64,000 bases of DNA from Malacoraja senta (taxonomy: Eukaryota), in assembly GCA_038087875.1 (NCBI GenBank), contig CM075982.1:12400001-12464000 (forward strand). The letters are read 5' to 3'. The first letter of the stretch is position 1. Each line of letters starts with the position of its first letter. The notes under the pieces are model-generated. The model saw only the letters and a program-made list of their open reading frames with translations, did not search any database and was not told the DNA's origin. Both the position numbers and the translations under genes were made by a program. Below are positions 13,588 through 26,494 of this stretch, one piece after another.

Positions 13588-14040
13588 ACTATCTAAAAAC
13601 TCAAGATTGCTGTTGAGAGATCAGATCACTATTCAGGGATTATGGATCATTATCGGGAAGTACGACTCTAGATCACTATCCAGAGATAGTGAATCATGAA
13701 AATTAAGAAAACTACAGACACAATATATCTGAAATTAAAACAGAAGATGCTGGAAGACTAAGCACATCAAGCAACATTCAGCGGAAAGAGAAAGTTAACA
13801 TTTCAGATTGAAAACCATTTACCAGAACTGCGAATAAGAGAAAACAAGTTTGTTTCGGCAGCATTGGATGTGGGGGACAGAGGGTAGAACAAAGAGAATT
13901 TTGGTGATTGGGTGAAATGAAAAAGCTATTAAGGAGTAGATAATCTCCTTTGCCTATGCAATGTTTTGCTAATCTTATGAAGTCTAGGTAATGTTGTATA
14001 GTCAGTCTTGGTGACTCAAGATCACAGTATGGTCAGTCTT

Positions 14041-14400
14041 AAGGGACGATTTTTTCGGCGACTGTCAAGCTGCGACAATCTGCGTCTGCTGACGCCACCA
14101 TTTCCAGGACCTCAACAGCGTCCACCCACAACACAATACAGCAAGATATGACAGGCTGCGTCACTGTCTACGACATCTGAGGACAACAGATTGATGCATA
14201 ACAATGCATGATGACGTATGATGACGCAGGCAAAATGAATTAACCGAGATCATGACCTTGCGTCACCATGTGTCACCGGGCGGTGTCGCGGAAAGATTTT
14301 GAACATTCCAAAATCCAGCGGCGGCAAGGAGACATCGCGTCATGTCGCAACAACGTTTTTTCATGGTGTCGCCGAAAATGTTGCCCAAGTGGGACTTTAG
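14041..14400. mobile_element. degenerate Harbinger-like MITE related to 1361-1698
   Basis: ttttcggcgac ... gtcgccgaaaa subterminal inverted motifs and an aagtgggac end. Confidence 0.5.
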
Positions 14401-15637
14401 TGACTCAAAATGACTATCCAGATCCATCAGATTATTATCTGAAGACACATCAATGCCTAGCAACACCAGTTTACCTTTCAGGAACTGCAGATATCTGTTC
14501 CGGGGCACCAGTTCATTATCCAGAGGCACAAGATTACTATACAGAAACACTAGATCATTACTCACATTGCTCTCCAAGTGCATCAGTTTGCAGAATTTAA
14601 GAGCTCCTCAGATCATTGACCAAAGACTAATCCCCATTCACTAATCCCCATTCCTGATACTGACCAAGGATGCTGGACCAGTTTCTAATCAGTACCTGGA
14701 GTTTCCAAATTACGATTTAGGAAAGCTATTAGGAACTCCTGAGATAGAATTTGTTAAAAAGGCCAGAAAAAACAGAAGCAGAATCAGTGGGTTATGTTCA
14801 AATCACAGAATGTTGCTTGTGGATTTCTACACAGATTAGCTTTGAGCCTTCAGTTTTTCACAATCCATGTATTTTGTTTTAGATTAAAGATAACCTGCAC
14901 GGAATGCAATTAGCTGATGATACGCAAGAGAGGAAAGTGAGTTGTGAGGAAGACAAACTCCTCCTTGCAGGTTAAGGTAATGGATAGGGTGAAGTATAAT
15001 GTGGGGAAATGTGGGCAACCTCTTTTCCTCTCCACTAATTAGTTCAGGCCTCAACTTCTTGATATCATGGAGCCCGAACCTTCCAATCCTGTTCGACATC
15101 CAAACCAAACTCCTTGCCCTGGTCCTGATCCTGAAAAGCAACCCCTCCCTTGCTATGCTCAATCTTCATTGCCGACCCACTCCCACTGATCCTTATTGCT
15201 GATGACCATCTCTGACTGGCGACCCTGCCTCACACCTAATCCTATTAATTTGGTCCAGGATGGTAAATTTTCTTTAGTGTTCCCGAAAATACAGCAGTGG
15301 TTCAATACTAAACATTAAAGTGTGCAATGCAAGGCTCATGATTAGATTTTTTGTTGGCATGCCTGTCTTGCCTAGTAGAGTACAATTTCTAGGCTATGAG
15401 TTTCTAAGATGATGCTGGTTGACTATTTCTTCTAGCTGGAGAGCCTTGCATTGGAAACAAAGGTAGGCTTGAACTAGGCTGCAGAAGAAAGATCATTGAT
15501 CAGGGCTTCGTACTTCTCCAGAGATCTCTACTCTGGAGAGCTGCAATTGCCCAGACATTGTATGTTCAGCAATTGTGGGTGATACCATTTGGAACCAGGA
15601 GATTTGAGGATTCAGTTTAAAATAATTTATTTAGGCT

Positions 15638-15780
15638 TCCTCTTCTTCTTGCGTATGGTGTGCACAGCCTAAAGTTGTAAGACAACTTGTTCTGTTTGAT
15701 CTTCTGTTTATGCACGCCAGGTTGATTGCATTCGTCGAAACAGGGTGGACCGCGTGAAGGTTGCAATCACCCACCCCATC
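15638..15780 (-). mobile_element. short non-autonomous retroposon with a ribozyme head and RTE-like 3' tail
   Basis: 9-bp TSD atttaggct (15629-15637, 15781-15789); tail tacaactttaggctgtgcacRccatacgcaagaaga shared with 24046-24081. Confidence 0.8.
15723..15777 (-). ncRNA. minimal HDV/CPEB3-like self-cleaving ribozyme
   Basis: P1 GGGGUGG/CCACCCU with G1-U wobble, P2 UGAUUGCA/UGCAAUCA, P3 ACC/GGU, L3 UUCACGC, GU-UUCGA in place of P4, J4/2 CGAA. Confidence 0.85.
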
Positions 15781-18700
15781 ATTTAGGCTGAGTGGCTGCA
15801 TTTCTTGCCTAGCAAGGGGGAAGCACTGAATTAATTGGAAAGAAAGGAGAAATGTTCTGCAATTGATGTTAACCTGGGAAGAATAAACTAATGGGGAATG
15901 TTCATAATGCAGAAAGAAGGCAATGTTAATGTTACTACGACTCTCTGCCCTGGCAGTGAAACATTAAGGCAGTGGTGTTTCAGTATTGAAACTGAAGTAG
16001 CTGCAGTAACAGGGAATTACTCACTGCCTGCTCCATGGGCAGTTTCATATCCATGTGATATTCTGAACTCTTGTTTTGAGGTGTGGCTGGAGCAGATTTA
16101 GTCAGTCAAGCTCTTGAGGTTTGCAAGGCACAGTTTCTGGCAGTGCCACGTGTTCAGGTTGGTTGCTCAACTTGCAAAAATACCAGAGAAACTGAAACTT
16201 GACACAATCAAAGATTTCCTTTTCAAAAATATCTCGAGTAGGACATGATTCACCAAACTTACAAGCACGAAGATACATTTACATTGATGTGAAACTGAAT
16301 TCATGTTTCACACAACTTCATAACCTTCAAATAATCAGTATCTATCTGATAGTTGGACAGAGATCAGAGAATGAAGTACATATTGGAAATCCACCACTCA
16401 TTAATATATGGTTTCTGTGCATCTCACATAGAATTAAGTGGTTTATTGAGTACAAGGAAGCTCATTGATAGAGTTTGTGATACTAAAGCATAAAAGAGCA
16501 GTTGTAGCATTTGTTTATGAGGAAGGCTTTTACTAATTCAGGGAGAGAGATGGCATCATTCAGCGATGAAGGGGAAGGGGTCAATAATGAGGGGAGAACA
16601 GCATCACCCACTGACAGAGGAGAATTTGTCCCTCATTGATGGTTGGGAAATGCATCATTTGCTGTTAACAGTAGAAACTGACTGGCATTTCTTCAATGTG
16701 CACCATGCAGTGATCATGTGCTTAACCCTAGGTTGGGCACTCCCTGATGAGGAGCCTTCCTGACTGGGCTCTGTCTCCTGACTCTCTTTGGAACAAGGAG
16801 CAGGAATCAATGGAAGTAAAGAACACATTCATCAGGACCAATTCCACATTTTACTCAACGGGATTGGCCACCAGATTGAGGCCTAGCCACTCTTCATCAG
16901 GGCTTTTGTATCAATCATATTTGTAACTGCATTGGGATACAGACAATATTGTCGAAATTTGTCCTCCCTCCGGGTGGTCTAACAACCTCCAGTTATTGCT
17001 GAGTTTTAGCTTGCACCATAACTGTGTAAATTTAGTATACTGCAGCTGAAGATATGATCATTGGCATTAGAAGTGAAATGTAAAATTCATTCTTTACCAC
17101 GGAGTATTTGGTGTGAAGGGGGAATTCCACACAGACAGGAAGGTGACCTTTACAAAGCGTGGAGGCCAAGGAGAAAATGATAAGCTGATTATAAATGATA
17201 ACTTGATTATGCTTATCGTCAAGATGTTGGTAAGTGAAACTCTCCAGGTAGATGTACTGGTAACTGAGTCCATCTCCACAGAGAGACAGAGTTTAATGAA
17301 TGAATCTGTACTAGCATGTAACCACAGGGAGTGTGGCTTTTGTTAAGCAGAGCAGGGTAAACTATTTTAGCAATGCATACCATAGCCACATACTCTTTTG
17401 ATCTGAGGGATTGTAATAACGTGGTTCACTTTAGTCTTCATAAATAGGATAGAACTACCAGAAAAAAAAAGTGTATATTCAATGAGAATTTTTAAACATT
17501 TCTGGATGTCAATAATTTTACTCGATAAACCAAGTGAACATTAATTTCCCTGTTTCTGTTACGATTCCTCCTTCCCTTCCTGAAGGAATTAAATCCTTTC
17601 TCATATTCAGCTCTACAGTTATTGACCTCCTTCCAGAGGCCAACAGTATTTTCTGATATATACTCACTGTGAGGGTACATAGATTTCTCAATTATTCACC
17701 CCATCAGAAAGATTTGCATTCATCTGGGAGATTTTATTACAGAAATCCCAGTAACATTTTTAAAACGTTATTTTTTTAAATATAGGGAGTACTGCTGTTA
17801 ATTTTTGGAAAATGTTTAACAAAGAACATGATAATGAACAGATAATTAGTTGATGATTTAAGCATAACAGACAGGCAGCAGCTAGGGTAAAAAGAGCTCT
17901 TCAAAACACTAACATCCTCTCAGGAGGGGAGATGGGAGCATATATTAAAGTCTCATTCAATATATCGGGCATGAAGGGCAGACATTCCTAAGAGGGATTA
18001 TTGGATAGTGATCATCAGCGGAAATGCTGGCTGCATTTTCATCCTTAATTCACCAGCACCAAGGCCAATCGCAACAAAAAGCACATAATAAAATATTAGT
18101 CAATAGTGTAGACAAAGTGGTACAGCAGTGATAGTAAAATGGGTTAAACATAATCAAATGGGGTGGTAGAAAGTGGGGGAAACCTACATTGAAATACGCT
18201 GGCCACTTTTGTTCTCTGTTTATAGACTGTTTGAATTAGGATTTGGGAATTGCAAAGTGGGTATTTAGTGATCACATTCAAGTAAACTGTCAACAGTGAA
18301 GAGAATATAAGTAGATTGGTTGGTCTTTTGATATGCAAAGACAGATGGAAATGTTTATTTAATATTATACATATTAAAATAAATAACAGACAGCATCAAC
18401 TACTTAATGGGAATATGTTAAAGACATCTTAAAGACAGATGAACAGTGAATCCACATGTTAAAAATACATAATTCTTTGTAAATTATTGTAGTTGTGAGT
18501 GCCCTTGTTCAGAGAAAATGAGAGGATATTTCCACCAGATAATACAGCATGACACTGAAGGTAAGAAATTACAATCAGATAGAGAATTGTGATACCATGA
18601 TTGTTTTCACTGGAGTAGAAAAGGAAGTTTGTGATTATTTAGAACCTTTTTTCTTAAATTATATGGTTTAGATAAGGGGAACATATGCTGGAAAGGAAAA

Positions 18701-20479
18701 TAATATTTCATTTGTCGGTCAGTTGGTATATACCATAGAATGGTATATGGACACACTGATCTGTTTTGTAGTCAATGCCTACTATGTTCTGTTGTGCTGA
18801 AGCAAAGCAAGAATTTCATTGTCCTATCAGGGACACATGACAATAAACTCACTTGAACTTGAACTGGTGATGAAAACCCAAATGGGAGAGGAGCTGATGT
18901 TGGTGAAGTGTATCTTTCACCACAGGGAGAGATCATTACGTTAGATTTCAAGGGTGATGTATATCATTAATAGAATTATAATGTGAAAAGAATTCGGACA
19001 CTGGGTTCTGGGGATGGGGGTGTGAGCGGGATGGGAGGCGGGAGGGAGGGGGGGGGGGGGGAGATACGTTCTGTTATAATCATGTCAGTACATGTTCATA
19101 AATGAATGTTTACATTTTGTCTCATTGCAATATTTTTATTATTGTGTTTGTGTCTACATTTATTAATTTAATTCCAAACTGATGTTACAAAGGACATTCA
19201 AAGCTTATATTCAAGGCCGTTGAGTCCTTTCCTAGACTTGAAGAGATATCCGGCTCCCTGGCTTTTGTCTGAGGCAGCCGAATAATTTGCAGGAGGTCTG
19301 TATGCGCATGAGGAAAAGACACCGACTGTGCTTGTCACCACAATTAGCTCAACCAGTTGCCTGCTGTCCTCTGTTGCCAAAGGCTGCAAAACATGTTGTT
19401 TTTAGGCAAGTAAATTGGTTGCAATTTCCTTTCCTTTACTTTGGGATATTGGCATTGGTTTATTATTGCTGGGTGTTTGTTGGGTGTTGTGATATTTGTT
19501 ACCAGGTGAGAGCTAACAGTTACTCCTCCTTGATGAAAGTGAAATGACAGAAGCAGCTGAGGTGGGGAAGGGAGGGAGGGGGGGGTAGTGGTGGGGGTCC
19601 CACTTGATGCTAATCCCTCTAATCAATTGGACGTGGGCTCGATGTGAAAGTACTGGGTGAGTGGAAATATGGGGGATGATTTGGCTTTGGGAAGACGATA
19701 TCTGGCAGGGATTGCCTTACAGTTACAGCCACAGCTCTGCAACATTGGGAGTGACTCTTCAAGCTGCTATAAGTATTCTCTCTGTAAGTAAAATCAGGCA
19801 GAACAAATACCAGCCTGGCGTAAAAAGCTCAAATAAAGTGAAACGAACGCACTGAGAAGTCTGTATAACCAAAAGAAAATTAAGGAGGGACATTTTATCT
19901 AATGCCCTCACTGAAGTGAGGGAAGCAAATTGGTACACAATATTTTGAAGGGTTTCAAGATTAGTTTCTTGTTTTTTCCCCATCATGTATCTATTCTTAC
20001 TTATGTGAAGTTAGGGCAATGACAGCAATAGGGGTTTGTATGATGTGAGCATACATGGTCAAAGATTGGGAGTATGACATGGTTGGAGCTGTGCAGCACA
20101 ATGAGCCCAACCCTCACTGACGGGCATCCGTTCCCGCTGAATGAGGGGAGCTGAAGGAAAGGGGAAGGACACGGCGGGAATAATGGGGAGAGTCAGCTAT
20201 GCTTGGTTGGCAAACTATAGTATAAGATAGACAGGGATTAAGAAATACCATTATGTTATATTAATACATCGTAATTACAGATAGTTAATAAGATGGAAGA
20301 GGCATTTAGTATGATCAACTCAAGTCAGTGCTGGTCAAATTATTGAGCCCAACATGAAAACAGAAACGCTGGAAAGCAGGTAAGGTAGCATCTTTCAAAA
20401 GTGAAATGTTTCAGGTCTAGGATCTTTCATCCAAATCCTTTCAGATTTCAGCATCTGCATTATTTTTATGTCTCAGTAT

Positions 20480-20970
20480 TCAGTATTTCTTTAATATCAT
20501 TTCACTGAGTACTCGCATACACAGAGGAAACGAAAAAACGTTGCTCAATCGGTTTCCATTCAGTGTAAAAAACAAAAGGATAATACATAGAGCTTTAAAA
20601 ACAAATTTAAATTACCATTCTTAAAAAGAAAGTAGGCCTAAAAATTAACAATATAATAAAAACAGTCATTCTGATCGACAGTGGCTTCACAGTGGCTTTA
20701 CTTTGACAGGTGCCTAACTGTCAAAGTATGGGCGCGGTTGGATGTGTGGATGAGCGATGTTTTGGGAGGGGACAAAGTCCGTTAATCAGTCTTATTGCCT
20801 GTGGGAAGAAGCTGAGGAGCATCCTGCTGGTTTTGCAGCTGATGCTCCTGTACCTCTTCCCAGATGGCAGAATGGAAAAGATGTGATGTGATGGGTGGTA
20901 GGGGTCCTGGATGATGGAGATGGCTCTACTGATGCTCCTCTTCTTGTATATCTCCAGCAGGAAAGGGAGT
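20480..20970 (-). mobile_element. Rex1/Babar-type LINE 3' end
   Basis: SIIQDPYHPSHHIFSILPSGKRYRS...SFFPQAIRLIN. Confidence 0.7.
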
Positions 20971-21361
20971 CTGTTTAGCTTATTGTAGTTCACTCACTTT
21001 TAAATTTGTTGGCCCTGGCAACATCTAACTATCCCTTTCACTCTTTGCAGCACGATATGGAGGGTCCCCATCTGGACTTCCTGGGTTCAGAATTTTTTAA
21101 GAAACTGAGTGGTTTCTCACTTTCTTTTACAGTTCAATAACTCCAGCTGAAAATTGCAGTTATGGATGGCAGGAGAGATTGGCTTTGGAAATGATGCCTG
21201 ACGTGGTCACATGGCACCCTTTTAACCCTCAAAGGAAGAATGAGCACATCATCGAGGTTATAGATGAATGCCAACATTTAGGAAATATTTGAGATAGAGG
21301 GAGTACCTTCATCAGTTCCAGCATCTGCATTTTCTTGTGATTCGCCAAAAACCATGTTGAG

Positions 21362-21375
21362 GTGCCACCTGCTGG
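21362..21375 (-). promoter_or_regulatory. CTCF core consensus match
   Basis: CCAGCAGGTGGCAC is a 14/14 match to CCASYAGRKGGCRS; motif only. Confidence 0.45.
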
Positions 21376-21780
21376 CTATTAATGAAACAACAGATACAAA
21401 GACTATACGCACAGAAGTGATGATCTCTGTTTTTTGCTCATGATTCCAGCATCTGCAGTTCCGTGCGTTTACTGGAGGATCTCAGTGGGCTGATGTGCCC
21501 AATGCTGAATACTGCAAGGACATTGTGATCATAAAATTGCAGTGCCAAACTGGTGCACCTACTTAAATCCTTGGAATTCCCAACAAAATAATAGCATGCC
21601 ACCCCTCAACCCCCGATCCTCAACTGATTCTATAACCACCCCTGACAATCCCTAGAAACAAGTAACTGCAGATACTGGAGTAACTCAATGGGTCAGGCAG
21701 CATACTTACAGAGATCGATTGGAACATTCTTCCACCCATATATCTCCTTCTGGATTTACATTTCTCTTCTCTTCTTTCCT

Positions 21781-22000
21781 TATGTGGAATTCTGTATCTC
21801 AGAGGGCGGTGGAGGCCGGATCTCTGGATGCTTTCAAGAGATTTCTAGATAGGGCTCTTAAAAATAGCAGAGTCAGGGAATATGGGGAGAAGGCAGGAAC
21901 GGGGTACTGATTGGGGATGATCAGCCATGATCACATTGAATGGCGGTGCTGGCTCGAAGGGCCGAATGGCCTACTCCTGCACCTATTGTCTATTATCTGT
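21781..22000 (+). mobile_element. CR1 LINE 3' end
   Basis: WNSVSQRAVEAGSLDAFKRFLD...GEKAGTGY-stop, followed by the conserved 3' UTR and (tattgtc) tail. Confidence 0.85.
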
Positions 22001-23963
22001 TGAGTACTGTGTGTATTCTGTGTTTACAAACCTGTTGTGCTGCTGCAAGAATTGTATTGTTCCGTTCCGAATTAAACACTTGACAATCTCCTGACACCCT
22101 TTTGTCTCCTTATAATCTCTAACTTTTGTCACATACTCCACACATCTGCCAATCACCTCCCTTCTCCTCCATCCATCTATCACTTGACTAGGTTTGTCTC
22201 ACCCCCAACCACTCTTTTCCCTACTCCAGTCAGAAGAAGGATCCCAACCCAAAATGTTGTCAGTCCATTCCCTCCACAGATGCTGCCTGACCCACTGAGT
22301 TTCTCCAGCGATTTGTAATTTGCTCAGTGAAGGGTTTCATGAGCTTGTGGATTTGCAATTTATAGAGTGGCTGTCAATAATGAATCTAGGACAGGAATAT
22401 ACAAAAGGGCAAATCTGGGACTGCAGAGATATTGGAGAATTGTATGACTAGAGAAGAACATGGTAATACAGGGAAGATCACAGATAACTTGAAACAAAGC
22501 ATTAAGGATTTTAAATTTTTTTACAACTGAAACCAAATTGGGTCCACTGACAGTGGGTTTGCTTGACACTATCATCTTTCCGCAGCAAGATGAGCCTTAT
22601 GGCATAATATCCCTGTAGTACGATCAACTTCATAGCATTATAACCGAACTGCATGACCAGCCACTTGGTATCATGTTCCAGCAATGTGACATGCCTCTTA
22701 TATCCTGCCCCCAACATGTTCATCCTCCTTGCTTCATATCCCAGAAATGTGATGAGCTTCATGCCATTATATCATAGCAGTGTGACTGATCTCACAGTAT
22801 TACAACTACCCGTGTGTCCAATGCGGCATCTTGATCAGCACGGATGAGTTAGTCCGAAGGGCATTTCCACGTTGTATGACTCTATTCCAAGCTCATGCTA
22901 TGAAAACCTGGTGGTGAGAATAACCTCATGACATTGTCACCTCATACCCCAGAAACGCTACCACATAAATTTGAACCATCAGCATGTTAAACAAATAAAA
23001 TTTATTTTATATTTTGATATCTTCAAGTAATTCTAATCAGGAATGTACAGGTGCACATAAAATAAATAGAAAATAATAACCAAAGCTTTTAAACTTTCAT
23101 ATTCTTGCCAAAAATTAAATAGCACAGTATCCTGTATAATTTATTATAATGTAGATTGTTAAGGTCCAATTAATGCCATTGTATGAATAATATTCTAGAA
23201 AAGAAATTCAGTTCTGTTCCTCTTTTTCAGCTATGTATCATAGTGATATAGTGTCACCAAGCATATCTTAATGCCTACACATTTGGATGCCTACTTGTTT
23301 ATGTGACAGAACACATTTTAAATGGTTATAAAAGCCTAGAGGTAATTTTCTGAGGACCATAACTTACAGCAATAAAGCTAAGTAGTGCCTCTCACATAAC
23401 GGATTATGTTTGTCATAAAATTTACTATAAACTATTTCTCACTGGAAAATAATGCAATTTTAGTACATATGCAGTAATTTGGTGCATAGAAATGTAAATT
23501 CTACATTCTTCTGTGGATTAACACCATCCATTTCCAACATGTGCTTTGTAAGAAAAGTTGCAAGCAATCCCCATAAGAATGTCCTTCACCTTGGATCTTA
23601 CACAGCTGTGCAAATTACCTACACTTCTGGGGAAAGAATATATATATTTTTATTAATTTCGGAAGACTTAACAATGTAAACCAGAAAGATGAAAACATAG
23701 AGTTAAAGATTATACAGAAACGGAAAATCCATGCTTCCGTTATTCTGACATGAATCCTGACTCTGATTTATAATTTATCCACTAATCAGGTAACAACCTT
23801 CTGGAAAATGAAATTTTCTAACCTGTGGCCTCCAAAATAAAAGCACACAAACCAGCAAAAAATATACAACTTATATTTCAAGGCAACTTTATGTAGCAAA
23901 AAACTCCCGGTACTTAACAAGAATCTCTTTGAACAAAATATGACATTCAGTCATAAGGAATTG

Positions 23964-24081
23964 CTCACTGAGGCTTTTCCCTGCTGGTATCAAAGCCATC
24001 CACCCAGCAACTGATACTGTCCTGGACTGGATGTCTACCCTTGACCTACAACTTTAGGCTGTGCACGCCATACGCAAGAAG
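23964..24081 (+). mobile_element. 5'-truncated RTE-like LINE 3' end
   Basis: Reads SLRLFPAGIKAIHPATDTVLDWMSTLDLQL-stop, then a gaagaga-type tail; 11-bp TSD ataaggaattg (23953-23963, 24082-24092). Confidence 0.65.
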
Positions 24082-26175
24082 ATAAGGAATTGTTACAACA
24101 TAAAAAGGATTGCTCAGTTGTTTAGTGCATGAAAAGAAGAAAGATATAGAAACAGTTTAAGGTGTGAATTCTTGGCTTTAAGGATTATATTAGCTCAAGA
24201 TGCAGCCATCAACCATAGACAAATTAGAGAGTGATCCAGTGCCCGGATTTAGGAGAATGCAAGTATTATAAAGTGGAACAGATTACAATGGCTGGGAGGT
24301 GTTAGCTATTTTGAAAAAGATAAAAATGTAAAACTTACCTTAGATCCAATGAAGTTAAGGTGAAAAACGAAAAGTTTTCAACCTTGTACCTTTCCTGTGT
24401 CAAACTTGATTGCTTTATGGCCTGTCTGCAAGATTTTGTAATGTTGCCCTTTATGTATCGAAAATTGGAATGGAAAGTGAACAAGTTACGCTTAACTCAA
24501 AAGGAACCCCTCTAGAAAACTGCATTTGCTTTTGGCCCATGAAGTATGTTAGTTTTGCATACCATAAATTGGATAAAATCCGATTGATGAATCTGGGAAC
24601 ACTATTTGCATTACATGGGCCAAATTGAATGTAAGATGATTTAGTTCAGGAACTGGAGGAGCAGTTGAAATTAATTTGCCAATTGACAAGCAGAAAAAAT
24701 ACCTCTTGGAATAAAATCAGGCAGGGGAAAATAAATTAGTTTCAATACAACCTCCCCACCGTAATTAGACACTATTGTCTCTTAATGCAATCTGTTTGTT
24801 TCACCATTGGTGCCCATTGAAATTGACAAGCAATAGCTTCTATTGACAGCGTGTTCAATGATACCCCAATAAACAATGTGACCATATAGCTTTAAGTATT
24901 TTTTAGCTTGCGGTAACAAAAATAAACAAAGCTATTAAAAAGACCTTTGTTTTTGAAAATCTTGCAGGGAAAAAACTTTGTTATTGCAAGTATAAACTTC
25001 TCTAGCACCTAACCCCCTTTTCCCCCATTGACACAATTTTCACTAATGTAATTTTCTATAACACAAGATTTCTTAGACGCACAATTGCCGCGTTATAGCA
25101 GTACTTGTTGAAAGAAATATAAATCATGGAAAATGTTTACTTGGTTTGTACTTGGGATTCTATTATGAGAAATTATTTCATTAAAATGATGGCAGAACGA
25201 TTTAAGCTGTGCTTCAAAGAGCACAAAAATTTGATAAATAAAATACCGGGAAAATGTTTCTTCAGGTGCTGAGTTCAGAAAAGAGGATACTACTTTAAAA
25301 ATGAAACTTGGCCAGTTAGGAATATTAGGAAAGCAGATGGGATGGTTAATTCTTGTTCCCAGTAAGATTGGGCTTACTGAGACCACAGAAATTCTCCAAA
25401 ATTAAGGTTGTGTTGTCAAGGTAATAAGGTTTACAGAACAAATGTAGGCAATTATATCTCCAGCACAAAGCAGTCATGATTTACTGAATGTTAGAACAGC
25501 ATCAAAATAGTAAATGGCTCATCCGATTGAAGCCATTTAGTAATGATCACATCATTAACTATACTTTTTACCTGTTTTTATTCCTTCAGCGATGTACATC
25601 TCCTAACATTGAAGTTTCAAATGTGACTGCACCAAGAAATATGTAACCCACCAATTAATGTTTAATGGACAACCTGCACATCGATAATATCTTTAATGTA
25701 GGAAAAGTTTCTAGGGTGTTCAAATAAAATTTGATACCAAATAACACTTTTGGCAGGCAACTAAAAGGTTGTCAGTGAGCTAGGTTTTAAAGATCAAGAG
25801 GTAGAGGAGATTTGAGGCAATCTCAGAGCTTAGAGCCCAGAGAACCTAAAGGCAACGGTACCAAAGTGGGGATGTACATGGCTAGGTAAAGTGATGTGTG
25901 TAAAATTAAGTGTAGTCAGGCATAAGTGCAAGACTGAAAGTTTTTGATAAAAGAATTAGATATTTTCAACCAGGGGATTTAAAGGGTAAAAGCTCACTGA
26001 AACTGCAACTACCTCTGTAAGGTTGTTAGAAGTAATCTGACTCCTGAGACAAGTGAAAAGAGAGTAGTATAGAAGTAATAAAATAATGAATCGCGATACA
26101 TTGACATTGTAGTTACTGTATAAAATACATGCTAAGCCTTTCCCTTTCAGCAACCAGCTCATGAAAAATAACTGT

Positions 26176-26494
26176 GTAAAAAGGAACTGCAGATGCTGAT
26201 TTACACTGAAAATAGACACAAAGTAACTCAGCGGGTCAGGCAGCATCTCTGGAGAAAAGGATTAGGTGCCATTTCGGGTCGTGACCCATCTTCAGACTGA
26301 GAGTCAGGGGAGAGGGAAACTAGAGATATGAAGAGATATGAAATATGAACCTCTTCAAATCTCTTGTTTTCCTCTCCCCTAACTCGGTCTGAAGAAGGGT
26401 CGCAACCCGAAACGTCACCTATTCCTTTTCTAGCATGCAGAGATGCTGCCTGACCCGCTGAGTTATTCCAGCATTTTATGTCTATCTTCGATGT
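26176..26494. mobile_element. Penelope-derived inverted terminal-repeat element with a hammerhead motif (26389-26416, +)
   Basis: Head-to-head arms; CUGAAGA-A-GGGU(CGCA)ACCC-GAAAC-GUC; 11-bp TSD aaaataactgt (26165-26175, 26495-26505). Confidence 0.8.

Noticed and set aside
17119-17150. NF-kB-like GGGGAATTCC next to TGACCTT
   Set aside because: Short motifs expected by chance; no other support
22589-22815. CRISPR-like periodicity
   Set aside because: Eukaryotic DNA with tandem diverged units, no spacers and no cas genes
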